Shown here: positions 38,522 to 50,877 of the stretch, piece after piece
Layout of the letters: each line of letters starts with the position of its first letter
How positions within the stretch are numbered: position 1 is the stretch's first letter
Assembly (NCBI RefSeq): GCF_001194135.2
Contig: NC_068991.1
Span: forward strand, 31,065,822-31,120,457
DNA from: Octopus bimaculoides
Taxonomy: Eukaryota
Reading direction: 5' to 3'
DNA length: 54,636 bases
Translations under genes and position numbers: made by a program
Notes under the pieces: model-generated
Told to the model about the DNA's origin: nothing
Databases searched by the model: none
The model's input: only the letters and a program-made list of their open reading frames with translations

Positions 38522-38890
38522 TCATGCGTGTGTGTGTGTGTATATTCATGCGTGTGTGAGTGTTGTGTGTACACATATACTGTATTGTATACACATTTCC
38601 GTAATATATGTTTGTGTATTTTGATCGATGTACAAGAAAAGGGCAAAGATTACAGCATTGAGGTCAGTTAGGAAGAGAAAAAAAAATGTAGATTCACCAC
38701 AAAAGATTAGGATGGACAGAAAATATAAATAAAGATATACATATCATTTATGATATTATGCATACATATATACACATACATGCATACACATATACACACA
38801 CACATGAAGGATAAGGGAGAGACGATCAACAAGATGAATAACAGGAGTAAGATGTAGAAAGGAACGATAAAATAAAAAGATGCTACCATG

Positions 38891-38946
<56 letters not shown>

Positions 38947-39214
38947 AGGGATGGTAAGGATGATGTGTATAGGGGCTGGGGTGGGTGAAATTACCCCTCC
39001 CTCGAAGACAATAATGCGTCATGATGCTGTCACTTAAATTGGTCTGCACTTACAGAGTTCTTAGTGAATGCCATTTTTGACATAAACCAGCGGTCACAAT
39101 TTCATGCTTACACTCATGTGTACATAGAAAATAAGGTTATGTGTGTATGTGTGTGTTTGTGTGTGTGCGTATGTGTTTGTGTGTGTGTGCGCGCGCGTAT
39201 GTGTGTGGTATTGG

Positions 39215-39251
<37 letters not shown>

Positions 39252-39502
39252 ATACATACATGCACACATATATTACTGACTCCAATGGATGCAACACGTT
39301 TCTCTGAAAGATTTTCAAGAATTCTCCGTTGATTTGTATGTAGTTCACGGTCTACTTTGGTCTCTTCAAGTAATACCAAACTCTCTCTCTCTTTCTATCT
39401 CTCCCTCTCTCTTCCTCTCTCTCTCCCTCTCTCTCTTTCTCTGTCCCTCTCTCTCCCCTTCTGTCTCTTCCAACACATATTCTTACACACACACATACAC
39501 AC

Positions 39503-40612
39503 ACGTGATATTGGGCTGAAAAGTTTATAGGCTGACTATGATGGAGTGATTACTAGAGCTGTGAAATCTTGCATACATTATTTTCAATCTTCTTATTGAT
39601 AACTCCATTGTTTCTTTCCAGATAAATCGATATCTGATTGTTCAAAGAAGACTACAAAAATAACCAGTAGCGATTTCTCTTTAAAATAGACAAAATTTTG
39701 CGTCGTGCTGTTATAATGTACCTGCAGAAAAAGAGTTTAGTCCCCAAAGACATTCACGTTACATGGATGCTACATTAGGTGATGACGATCCAGATTTATC
39801 TAGTGTAAAAATGGGCAGCTAAATTTTGCAGGTGAAGGGACAATCTTGAAGGTAACCCCAGATCTGTTATTCTGCAGCTGTCTCCACTGAGAAAAATATT
39901 GATCGTGTTCACCACATGGCGATGGAAGAGACATGACTGACTATAAATCAATTAGCCAACGTTATTAATATATCCTATGAGTGAGTAGAGAATCTTCTGC
40001 CCAATGAACTGGGCATGACGAAGGTTTCTGCTCGGTGGGTGCATGGCTTCTGACATCTGATCAAAAGCGGATCAGGTTGATCACATCACGGAAAAATCTG
40101 ACATTATTTAAGGCAGATCCAGCTGGTTTCCTTGAATGTTTCCTAAACCAGAACGAGCATTGGGTTGAACCAGAGGCAGAGATAATCCATGCAGTGGAAA
40201 CACCCCTCCCCACCTGTTCCACAGAAGACCATTGTGTTTATTGCTTATCTTCAGAGGAGCAACACCATCCATGGAGAGTACTATGTCAACTTGCCGAGGC
40301 AGTTACGAAAGGGTATCAAGACCAAACATCCTGGAAACTGATGAGATGGGTCTTGTTTCATCAGGATAATGCTCTAGTACACAAGTCTTGGTTTCAATGG
40401 TTGCTGTGCATGATTGTCGCTTTGAACTGGGTGATCACTCTCCCTATTCTACTGATTTGGCCCCATCTGACTATCATTTGCTTCCCAACAGGAAAAAACA
40501 GTTGACCAGAAACCAGTATGGCAGTGATAATAATATCACATCTACTGCTGATAACTTTGTTGACGAGCGCGATGAAAGCTTCTTCACCTATGGGATCCAA
40601 GAACTACAATAC
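39503..40612 (+). mobile_element. Decayed mariner (DD34D) transposon, 3' end truncated by (TA)n and a gap
   Basis: TIR-like GGGCTGAAAAGTT; frameshifted peptides LGMTKVSARWV, DQKRIRLITSR, VLFHQDNA and DHSPYSTDLAPSDYHLLP (YSPDLAPSDY motif). Confidence 0.9.
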
Positions 40613-40929
40613 CAATATATATATATATATATATATANNNNNNNNNNNNNNNNNNNNNNNNNNNNNNNNNNNNNNNNNNNNNNNNNNNNNNNNNNNNNNN
40701 NNNNNNNNNNNNNNNNNNNNNNNNNNNNNNNNNNNNNNNNNNNNNNNNNNNNNNNNNNNNNNNNNNNNNNNNNNNNNNNNNNNNNNNNNNNNNNNNNNNN
40801 NNNNNNNNNNNNNNNNNNNNNNNNNNNNNNNNNNNNNNNNNNNNNNNNNNNNNNNNNNNNNNNTATAAGTATATATATATAAGTATATATACGCACACGT
40901 ATACACTTACATCTGTATACTTATACACA

Positions 40930-41232
40930 CTCATATATGATGATGGTAGGTTTTCGTAGTCTGAAAAAGACGGCTCTGCAATTTCTTGTTAAACAAATGG
41001 CACAAATGACTTGTTTATAGTGATCAAATATTTATGTTCAACATTACCTCACTTCCTCAATCAAATCGAAGTTGCTCTTGAAGTGCACGGTGTACCACAC
41101 GTTAGCTGCTGAAGTGATACCGAGTAACATGAGATGAAATGTTTTCTTCAACTACACAATGCACTATCCACTCCAGGAATTGAAACCACTATCTCGCTAT
41201 TCTGAATGCGATACCCTAGTCATTAGATCATG
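40930..41232 (-). mobile_element. tRNA-headed SINE (family C-related)
   Basis: GGAATTGAAACCACTATCTCGC..GCGATACCCTAGTCATTAGATCATG is a reversed tRNA-like head. Confidence 0.6.
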
Positions 41233-41279
41233 AGCCATCATACACGATATATATGTGTACATATGTGTATGTGTGTGCT

Positions 41280-41312
<33 letters not shown>

Positions 41313-41691
41313 NNNNNNNNNNNNNNNNNNNNNNNNNNNNNNNNNNNNNNNNNNNNNNNNNNNNNNNNNNNNNNNNNNNNNNNNNNNNNNNNNNNNNNNN
41401 NNNNNNNNNNNNNNNNNNNNNNNNNNNNNNNNNNNNNNNNNNNNNNNNNNNNNNNNNNNNNNNNNNNNNNNNNNNNNNNNNNNNNNNNNNNNNNNNNNNN
41501 NNNNNNNNNNNNNNNNNNNNNNNNNNNNNNNNNNNNNNNNNNNNNNNNNNNNNNNNNNNNNNNNNNNNNNNNNNNNNNNNNNNNNNNNNNNNNNNNNNNN
41601 NNNNNNNNNNNNNNNNNNNNNNNNNNNNTATATATATATATAGCTACTTACCACACATATATAGCTGCTTACCACACAGCCACCCCTACGC

Positions 41692-41726
<35 letters not shown>

Positions 41727-41825
41727 CACACACACATATATAAATACAGATATGTGCGCGTGTGTGCACGTGTGAGTGTGTATGTGCACGCGCGCGTGCA
41801 TGTATTTGTGTCTGTGTGTGTGGTT

Positions 41826-42125
41826 GTGAAGGCGCACAGGTTATTGGCTAGAGTGCTGCACTCACGATCGCAAGATCGTGAAACGAAATCGGTGACCCGT
41901 GGTTCTTGAGAAAAACATTTCACTTCACGTTGCTCCAGTTCACTCAACTGTAAATGAGCCTAACTTTCTCAAATTATTCTGCAATCGCTTTGACATTTGA
42001 CGTGTGACACACGGTACACTTGTATAGGAAATGTCGATCCGATGGAGGCAGTGAACTAATGTACAGCACAAAAATTTATCCCCATAAGCAAACCATTCGT
42101 GCAGGTTGTTCAGCAAGGCGTATAT
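41826..42125 (+). mobile_element. tRNA-headed SINE (family C-related)
   Basis: GGCGCACAGG..GGCTAGAGTGCTGCACTCACGATCGCAAGATCGTG head and TTCACGTTGCTCCAGTTCACTCA central domain. Confidence 0.7.
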
Positions 42126-42429
42126 GTTCGCATAGATATGGTGCCTACATTTTGTTAATACGCCAAATTTGTTGCGGGATAGCTTCTAGAGAAAGCTCCC
42201 TATACGATGCCGAGCATTGAAGAACACCCGAATGTCACAGACCAGGCGAGATAACACCCCTCGGAAAACCGATATTTCGCCATTATTGTGCCTTGTCAAT
42301 ACCATGTACTTGGATCATCTGGAAAGGAAGTAATTCCCTGGTCTGTGAAGTGTATCGGTGTTCCATATATTCGGATCATCTTGATACGAAATTAGCTTAC
42401 TCTACATATATCTGATGACTAAGGTCTGC

Positions 42430-43085
42430 GAGCGAGCTTCTGGAGTTACCTTCAGTCACTAGCACCTTACTGACCTGGTATGCAGACACTACCACCCTAT
42501 CCAACAACTTGATCGACCAGCTCAGGGACGCACTGATCAAATAGCAAGAGGGATCAGCAAAGCTTGCCCTTCAAGTGAATCGAGAAAGGACCAACTAATG
42601 CATGTAAGTGATGGACTGGACTCTCTCCCGCTCCATAACCCCGATATTGTGTAGCGCCTTCATCTACCTAGGTTCCACAGTTACCAACAATGGAGACCTG
42701 ACTCAGGAGATCAACCGCAGATATGACTTGGGCGCTGGGATCAGGCACTCCCTATGGAAGTTCCTTTGGCATCATTGTTCTATCTCTTGGAAGACAGCTC
42801 CGCATCTACAACGCAACTACACGATTTCCCTGACAAACAGTATCGATGGCCTCGACAGTAGAGCACTGAGGACGACCGAGAACATTAGATGGTACTATCA
42901 CATTTCCAACGAACTGCTATGTGCACACACGCATCAGCCAGCAGACTCTCACCTCATAATCATTCGTCTCATTCGCTAGTTCGGACATGTCCTCCGTTCC
43001 CTGCCAGGACAGGGCCTTACTCTCATTCGACACAGAAGCTGCGGGTTGATAGAGCACGGCCAGTACCATAGGGCTGGATGGGATT
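42430..43085 (+). mobile_element. RTE-clade LINE, 3' RT fragment
   Basis: Frameshifted LTDL..YAD.., FIYLGSTVTNNGDLTQEINRR, LWKFLW...IS.KT..RIYNA, RALRTTENIRW..ISNELL and R*FGHVLR. Confidence 0.8.
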
Positions 43086-43116
43086 TAGGAAGCTAAATAC
43101 AGATATATGTACGCGC

Positions 43117-43173
<57 letters not shown>

Positions 43174-43592
43174 NNNNNNNNNNNNNNNNNNNNNNNNNNN
43201 NNNNNNNNNNNNNNNNNNNNNNNNNNNNNNNNNNNNNNNNNNNNNNNNNNNNNNNNNNNNNNNNNNNNNNNNNNNNNNNNNNNNNNNNNNNNNNNNNNNN
43301 NNNNNNNNNNNNNNNNNNNNNNNNNNNNNNNNNNNNNNNNNNNNNNNNNNNNNNNNNNNNNNNNNNNNNNNNNNNNNNNNNNNNNNNNNNNNNNNNNNNN
43401 NNNNNNNNNNNNNNNNNNNNNNNNNNNNNNNNNNNNNNNNNNNNNNNNNNNNNNNNNNNNNNNNNNNNNNNNNNNNNNNNNNNNNNNNNNNNNNNNNNNN
43501 NNNNNNNNNNNNNNNNNNNNNNNNNNNNNNNNNNNNNNNNNNNNNNNNNNNNNNNNNNNNNNNNNNNNNNNNNNNNNNNNNNNNNNNNNNNN

Positions 43593-43647
<55 letters not shown>

Positions 43648-44039
43648 TGTATGTATGTATGTATGTATTATGCAGCAACCAGTAATATATATTCAGTTAC
43701 ATTCTGATTTGTTTCAAGATTGCATTTATTGTACTGGAAATTCGGAAAATACAGAGCACAGAAACAGCTAATCTGTACTTGACGGTACTTTAGTAAATTA
43801 CTGATAACGTGTGGGTTTGGTTATAGTCGCCTAGCCTCGTAGAAATAGCAAATATCCTTTGAAACATTCATTTCAGCAATGTTAACAACGATATATGAAC
43901 CATCAATGATATATGACAATATGCTCAAAGATGGATTTCCTTGCTACAGAGTTGATCCCGGAGTAAAACAACATCCCCAAATAATCAATTTATCAATTTG
44001 TGTTGCAAGATTCCTGATGTGAAATTGTGTGTTGAAACA

Positions 44040-44450
44040 GATATTGTTGTATATCTGGATGATCATTTTTTTTTTGCCGAATTAATACACGCACTATATA
44101 TTTGTTCTTCACTTGTTTATTACTGTTCTTATTTTTAAAATTCTAATTCATGTCCATTGTCAGGAAATCTTTCGTCACACATCTGTGACCTCTTCAGCGA
44201 CACTTTTCGTTTCCGTGTGTGCTCTCTGAGAATGGAGAAAGTGTAGCAAGAGCACACATGAAAACGAAAAGTGTCGCTGAAGAGGTCACAGATGTGCGAC
44301 GAAAGATTTCCTGACAATGAACATGAGTTAAAATAATAATAATAATAAAAACAGAACAGTAATAAACAAGTCAAGAACACATGTATAGTGCATGTGTTTA
44401 TTTGGCAAAAAAAATAATGACCATCCCGAAATACAACAATACAAATAATC
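44040..44450. repeat. Inverted repeat with ~190-bp arms and a ~23-nt spacer; each arm carries a hammerhead-like motif
   Basis: Arms at about 44040-44226 and 44250-44450 align as reverse complements. Motifs at 44158-44202 (-) and 44272-44316 (+). Confidence 0.85.
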
Positions 44451-44864
44451 AATGTTATATGCTAACCCATCGTCACACTGGATAATATTGTCCAAGGTTT
44501 GCAATGTCTAGTACGACAAGCTGATCGGTAAGGGTCGGAATAAAGCTAAACCAAAAGAATAGCAGCAACAACAACACAACAACGACAAAACCAACAACAA
44601 CAGCAATAGCATCAACAGCTATAAAAACAACGAGAATAGCAATAACAATGACAGTAACTACAACAACAACAACGACGACTACAGCAACAACAACTGTCTT
44701 ACAGTATTTAGTTTCATTCTGTGTTGAAATACTGCCATCTGAGATCGATAAAATGAAAAACTATTGTTATTCTTGTTGTCACACATCATCCCTTACCGTG
44801 TAAACTTTATGACATTCCGGTTTTGGCACTCTCCGAGTGTAATTCAGACAAATTATATCTAGGT

Positions 44865-45015
44865 GTGGCATGACTGCAGGATTAAGAAGTTCGCTTCTAA
44901 ACTACATGATTTCAGGTTCTGTCCCACTGTGCAAGACTTGTTGTGTTTTCTGTCAGATCCTTGAGTTGACCAAGTTCTTTTAAGTGAAATTTGGTAAATG
45001 GAAATTGTATGGAAA
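44865..45015 (+). mobile_element. Decayed SINE family B 5' part
   Basis: GTGGCATGACTGCAGGATTAAGAAGTTCGCTTC..CAGGTTCTGTCCCACTGTG. Confidence 0.65.
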
Positions 45016-45065
45016 ACAGTCAGGTTGGCTGTCCCTTTTGGGGTTTTCTTTTTACTATTTTGTAG

Positions 45066-45248
45066 CTTTAATCTATCTCTCGGTTCAACCGAACCATCTA
45101 GCCCCTGGACACCTTTTGTAGATTCTAATCTTTTGCAAGAATTAAAAATCAGGTCTCTGACTCCCTCACTTCGTCAATCCAATTCCGGGAGCCTGGAAAA
45201 GGATCATATTCGATACTCTTTCTCCTCTGAATCACTCATAAAAATAAG
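45066..45248 (+). CDS. Candidate internal coding exon (183 nt, phase 2-2) of an unidentified host gene
   Basis: Acceptor TTTTCTTTTTACTATTTTGTAG and donor AAG|GTGACA. The frame is open throughout and closes with TGA right at the donor. Peptide FNLSLGSTEPSSPWTPFVDSNLLQELKIRSLTPSLRQSNSGSLEKDHIRYSFSSESLIKI has no recognised homology. Confidence 0.35.
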
Positions 45249-45439
45249 GTGACACATCTAGTGATTCATTCCTTTTCAAGAGGGGTAGATGTGTTTAGAA
45301 GGAGATTTAGTTGTTATTTTTAACTAGGCAACCGCAAACAAACTTCTTCATTAGTTCGATTATCAACAAGTATCATACAATCATTGTGTCAACGCTTCTC
45401 CAATGTTCAATGATAAACGTTTGTAATAGAGGCACATGG

Positions 45440-45605
45440 TGGAGGGGAAGTCAATTACATAAACCACAGTACTTGACTAGTTCTTTATTTTATCGATACC
45501 GGAAGAATGACTTCGACGAGATTTGAACTCAGAACTTAATGGGCGTGACGAAATACCGTTAGGCATATTGTCTGACGCTCTGACGATTCTGCCGGGTCAC
45601 CGCCC
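45440..45605 (-). mobile_element. SINE family A
   Basis: GACTTCGACGAGATTTGAACTCAGAAC..CGATTCTGCCGGGTCACCGCC. Confidence 0.75.
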
Positions 45606-47421
45606 TCCCGTGTTTAATCGTCATAACTACTTTATGGCTTTAGTTACACATTTTCTGAAAATTAATTAATTTCATCCATGATTGGACTTAAAATTGCTAA
45701 TTCTCATAATTTTACATTTTTCTCCCTGTTGGGATAATAAATTAAGTTTATTCATTCTTAACTCTGATGGTTTCTTGTAGACTAATTCTTTAGTGTTTGT
45801 CAAGCCATTTTGGCGACGATAATTTCGGTTAATTCCCAATAGATTATTATGTTATTATAGCTAAGTCTCAAAAGATTTGAAATCCATCTGACCCACTTCC
45901 CTAAACCCTAGAAGTTTTATTTGAATATATTACATTGAGAGTTGAAATCCCATCAGGGTGGACTTTTCCATTTCTGCTTTTATGGTCGATAAACTAAGTA
46001 TCGTATACAAATTAATGAGGGAGCTTTATGTAGTCGCTGACCTGCAAGAAATAGCAGTCAAATATCCCTCAAAATCGCACCACATTGTCCTAAAGAAAAA
46101 AGAAAGCAAAACAAATTCCATTGTGTAGCTCTAGATATGTTATCCGAACACGACAGGATAGTCATGACTAGAAAGCCTTTGAGCATAGGTCTGCTCCTGG
46201 CGTTAAACAATAGCTATTTAGTGCAATTCTCGAAGAGGATTCCTTTATTGAAAGAATATCTTGACAATTATTTGGCATTAATCAACAGTCATCTGGCAAT
46301 ATTCAATAGGTCAATACGTCTTTTGACAAAAAAGAATAAGAAAAAAGAAAACTCGTATTAGACATGTCTTCTGAAGAGACTGAATACAGGACAAGTCAAC
46401 ATAAACTTGTTAATTTTACACACAGTCTTAGAGTTGTTCATAAATTGAAGCAACCTATTAAAAGATAAGTGTCTTTCTGAGCCATGGCTAGGTGTAGTGA
46501 AGTGGCAGTCGAATTGTCCACTTTCATACAGTATGTTTCATCTTTAATCGATTAACTCGATTGTACATTTATCTATGGAATCAGTATAGTATACAGAATG
46601 GTGAAGAACCGAGTGAATTGAACATTACTATAATAAAAGTTGAAAAGAGCATAAACTAACATGGCGAAGACAGCATGCCGAATACAGAATGATTACAAGG
46701 TCGGACTGAAAGCAGACGAACAAAATGCTGATTTGACTTGAATCTTAAAAACAAAATGTCATCTTTTAAAGAGATATCTCATGTGCATTTTTTTCATTCT
46801 TAGGCCATAATTCTAAATGCTAAATGTTATATATATATATATATATATATATATNNNNNNNNNNNNNNNNNNNNNNNNNNNNNNNNNNNNNNNNNNNNNN
46901 NNNNNNNNNNNNNNNNNNNNNNNNNNNNNNNNNNNNNNNNNNNNNNNNNNNNNNNNNNNNNNNNNNNNNNNNNNNNNNNNNNNNNNNNNNNNNNNNNNNN
47001 NNNNNNNNNNNNNNNNNNNNNNNNNNNNNNNNNNNNNNNNNNNNNNNNNNNNNNNNNNNNNNNNNNNNNNNNNNNNNNNNNNNNNNNNNNNNNNNNNNNN
47101 NNNNNNNNNNNNNNNNNNNNNNNNNNNNNNNNNNNNNNNNNNNNNNNNNNNNNNNNNNNNNNNNNNNNNNNNNNNNNNNNNNNNNNNNNNNNNNNNNNNN
47201 NNNNNNNNNNNNNNNNNNNNNNNNNNNNNNNNNNNNNNNNNNNNNNNNNNNNNNNNNNNNNNNNNNNNNNNNNNNNNNNNNNNNNNNNNNNNNNNNNNNN
47301 NNNNNNNNNNNNNNNNNNNNNNNNNNNNNNNNNNNNNNNNNNNNNNNNNNNNNNNNNNNNNNNNNNNNNNNNNNNNNNNNNNNNNNNNNNNNNNNNNNNN
47401 NNNNNNNNNNNNNNNNNNNNN

Positions 47422-47477
<56 letters not shown>

Positions 47478-47622
47478 GTATATGAGAGGTATTGGCATCT
47501 AGAAGACCCAAAGAGTGACAGGTAACGCTAAGTAAGTGCTATGGACTGAACGTAGTTAAACGCTTGGTTCGATAGTGATACGAGTGAGCAATCTAATTTG
47601 GGTCGTGTATAAGCATGCATAG

Positions 47623-47841
47623 ATATATTAGACAAAATTAGATAACAAAGCCAAGGGTGTGAGGATTTTCCAGGACATTTATAAGGAAAAAGATGTAGAT
47701 ATAGTCTTACAGCTGCTTCTGTATATTATAACATTCATAATATCCCAGAAACAGCTGTAAGACTATATCTATATCTTTTTCCTTATAAATGTCATGAGAA
47801 CTCCTCACAACCTTGGCTTTATCTTATTTTGTCTAATATAT
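47623..47841. repeat. Inverted repeat with ~97-bp arms and a ~24-nt loop, next to a PLE 3' end
   Basis: 47623-47721 is nearly the reverse complement of 47746-47841; the right arm begins CAGAAACAGCTGTAAGAC. Confidence 0.85.
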
Positions 47842-47954
47842 ATATATTCGTGATTATTTTTTTGTTCAGTAATAATTTTCTATTAATCTTAAGGGAAATC
47901 TTGTACTTTTTCAGAGTACAATTTTATTATTAATAAACAAGAATATTATTGACA

Positions 47955-49110
47955 GTTACTTCGAAACTTCGACCAGCTACGGCATCGTCGGTTTGAGATG
48001 CACTGAAGTTCATCTTGAATTTATATACTCTCTTTTCGTTGAGTATGTGGGTTTGAGTTAGGTGGTAATTAGCTTGTAGAGTGGGTTTTAATGGAGATGT
48101 GTTTTGAAGAAATTTTTGTTCATTAAATTTTATGCTATGTTATTGTTCAGAATTTTTTCATGCATGTAGAACTTTGTTAACAGGTGTGTATATTTAAGTG
48201 TATCAGTTTCAAGTTAAGGAATTGTTCCTTTAAAAGTTTACAAAAATGATATAGGTAGGCATAGAAAGTTTTTTGATCAGCAGATGTGCTTGTAGTCTTA
48301 GTTATTGTTTGTATTATTAAATTCAGTCTTTTGCGTTACAATGTAAACGTCGAAGTTCAAACTTTAGTTCAGTATTTCAAATCTTAGTAACTGGAAGTGT
48401 CAACTTTCTTTGTAATGGAATTTTTTAAGGGTTCACAAAAGAATTAAAGTAGGTGATATGTTTTAGCTGGTCAATTTCTTTACTTGTTATTCAGAGATTT
48501 TTCTGTTTGTATTTGGAAGATGGGGGTTATTAGTCGGGTGTGTCATAGTGTTGTTAGTATAAAAATTTGTTCATCTTCTGCTTTGATGATCACAAAATGA
48601 TGTGGGTGGATGTAAAGATTGTTGGTTCATTTATCTATTAACAATTCAATTGATACATTGAAATTTTAACATTTGTGTTTTAATAGCAGAGTTTGTGTTA
48701 TACGCTGATAAATATTTCTTCAATTCTGTTTCAAACGTGGGTATTTTATAAAATATTGTTCTAGTCTTATGTATATATGCGAAAGGATGTATTTACTCAT
48801 GTATAAAATTAAGATTAAAAATAGAACTTAATTTTTTTAAATTCTTTTAGAAATTTAAAATTTAAAGTTTTAAATCACATTTAAAAAATACTAAAAAGAA
48901 AAATGTCTTCGAACTTGCTTGATTACAAATATATATTAATGTGACCCTATGTAGGTTTGTGCAATTATATTAGAAAATCTTTTGTGGGGATTTTAGTTGA
49001 AGATAGAAGGTTTAGATAATTTTTGCAGTACTTGTTTAGTGTAAAGATGTAAAAATAGATTTCTATGTATGTATATTATGGGGATAGTTTATGGTACAAG
49101 TGAAATGAGA
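47955..49110 (-). mobile_element. Highly decayed PLE remnant (RT C-terminus to GIY-YIG end)
   Basis: Fragmentary peptides HPHII.., TYFNSFVNP*KIPL and an ..NEQ..SPL-like terminus, followed by a hammerhead-like relic at about 47955-47995. Many stop codons. Confidence 0.45.
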
Positions 49111-49129
49111 AAAGGTGGTGAGATATTTA

Positions 49130-50665
49130 CATGTTTAGCAATTAGAAAAAATTATTGTTCTTAAATATTTTAGCGGTTTTAAGATTTTGTACTTGCATGA
49201 AGAGACTTGTTCAGATTTTTGTTTCAGAATTTCGTTCTTCAATGTGAGAATGTGGTAGGATTCATCTGTACAAACTTGGCAGCGTTTGTTGTTATCTTAT
49301 CTTGGTAATCTGTGCGTGTGAGAGTATTTTCCAATTGATTTTTTTTAATGCTTATCTGTTTGGTTAGTGACGTATCATTTTGTCTTGTTTGGGTTGCGAA
49401 AAATGTGCATGTGTTCATTGTATCGTATACTGAACTGAGTTGCTGTAAATCTTATATATGTAGATATAATAGTTAATACCGTGTTCGTGATTATCATTGT
49501 GCTATAGACTATATGGCTTGAGAGACGGTTTCCTTCCAGAGGGCAGAATAAAAGTATTCAACAATTACAATTCTTATTATGTGTGTAATTTAGGTGGTTG
49601 TAACTGGCTATAGTTTTCAGTTATTGGTTGTAGAGTATAACAACATTACGTTGTGCTTGTTTATTAGTTTGTCGTACTTGTGGTTGGTGTGGAAGTGTTT
49701 TTGCAGTATTTTGAAAAATAATTTAGCTTTCGGGATTTGTATGTTGAAGTGGGGATTTAACCAGATGATTTTTCTGTTCTTAGATGCTTTAAAATTTATT
49801 GTAGGAGTTCGATGTTTGTATTAAACTTTTTCTTTGTAACTGTTGCTATTAGGAGCTTTTTTTTATATGGAGTTGTAATTTTATTTAGTATTTTTTTCCA
49901 TTTGAAGATGAAGAGGAAAGTCTAAGAGAAATGGTTTGAACTGTTTTTGATAACGTTTTTGGGGTGATGGGTTGTCTTTGTCTATACTAAATTTGTTTCA
50001 TTATTTTTTACCGTAGGGATACTGTAGATACTGGGAAGGTGATTGACTTTAGTTATGTTTCTACTATAACAGTTTTTAAAGAAGTGATGTCGTTCTTTCC
50101 TAAACTAACCTGTTTCTTTTGTGAGTTATAGTTTCATAGTAGGAGTAGAACGTCGTCCTTACATAGACCACCTGAGATGGATGGAAATTTATTCCTTCTC
50201 AGATGTAATGGCGGAAGATGTCGCTTACCTCAGCCGAGTCCTTTGATCCCATGCTTACATCAAATGGTTCTTTAGTGTTTTTCTTAATATAGAAAGCATT
50301 GTTGTGGAAAAGGAGTGATTTCTTTGTTTGTAATATTGTTACTATTTCTGTGTCGTTTAATATGTCATGGTTTTAGCGAACTTCAAGACACCCATAAGAA
50401 TAAGTTTTGTTATTGACGCGTAATAATCAATCGCTGGTGTCAAACTGGAAGGAATAGCATTCATTGTTGTTTAGCATCTTCTTAAACCAAACAATTGCAT
50501 CGGATATGTTGCTCCAGTAGTTTCGATATTACCTTTATTTTTAGCAACAATTTGTCAAAGATTATTCACTAATGATGCCTAAGTACGGTGGTTATTGAAG
50601 TTTAGTTTGTGGTCTTGCATGGTCATATATGGGCACGTTGGTATTAATGTGCCTACGCTATCATC
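49130..50665 (-). mobile_element. Decayed Neptune-type PLE (RT plus GIY-YIG)
   Basis: WSNISDAIVWFKK..SFQFD, KEPFDVSMGSKDSAEVSD, GLCKDD, RKIIWLNPHFNI..LQKHFHTNHKYDKL, CPLEGNRLSSHIVYS, IRYNEHMH and CQVCTDESYHIL. Confidence 0.85.
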
Positions 50666-50812
50666 TATTTTAAGTTGATATTATTCAGGGTGGCAAAAGT
50701 ATATTTTCAAAGTAACTTGTCGTATGACAACAATCTAGTATACGTACATAAAGCATATGTTTGTATGTCACTATCTATTAATCTCTCTCTTTCTCTCTTT
50801 CTCTCCCTCTCT

Positions 50813-50877
<65 letters not shown>

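Noticed and set aside
46370-46405. CTGAAGA-GAC..GTC
   Set aside because: GAAA is absent; too degenerate to call.
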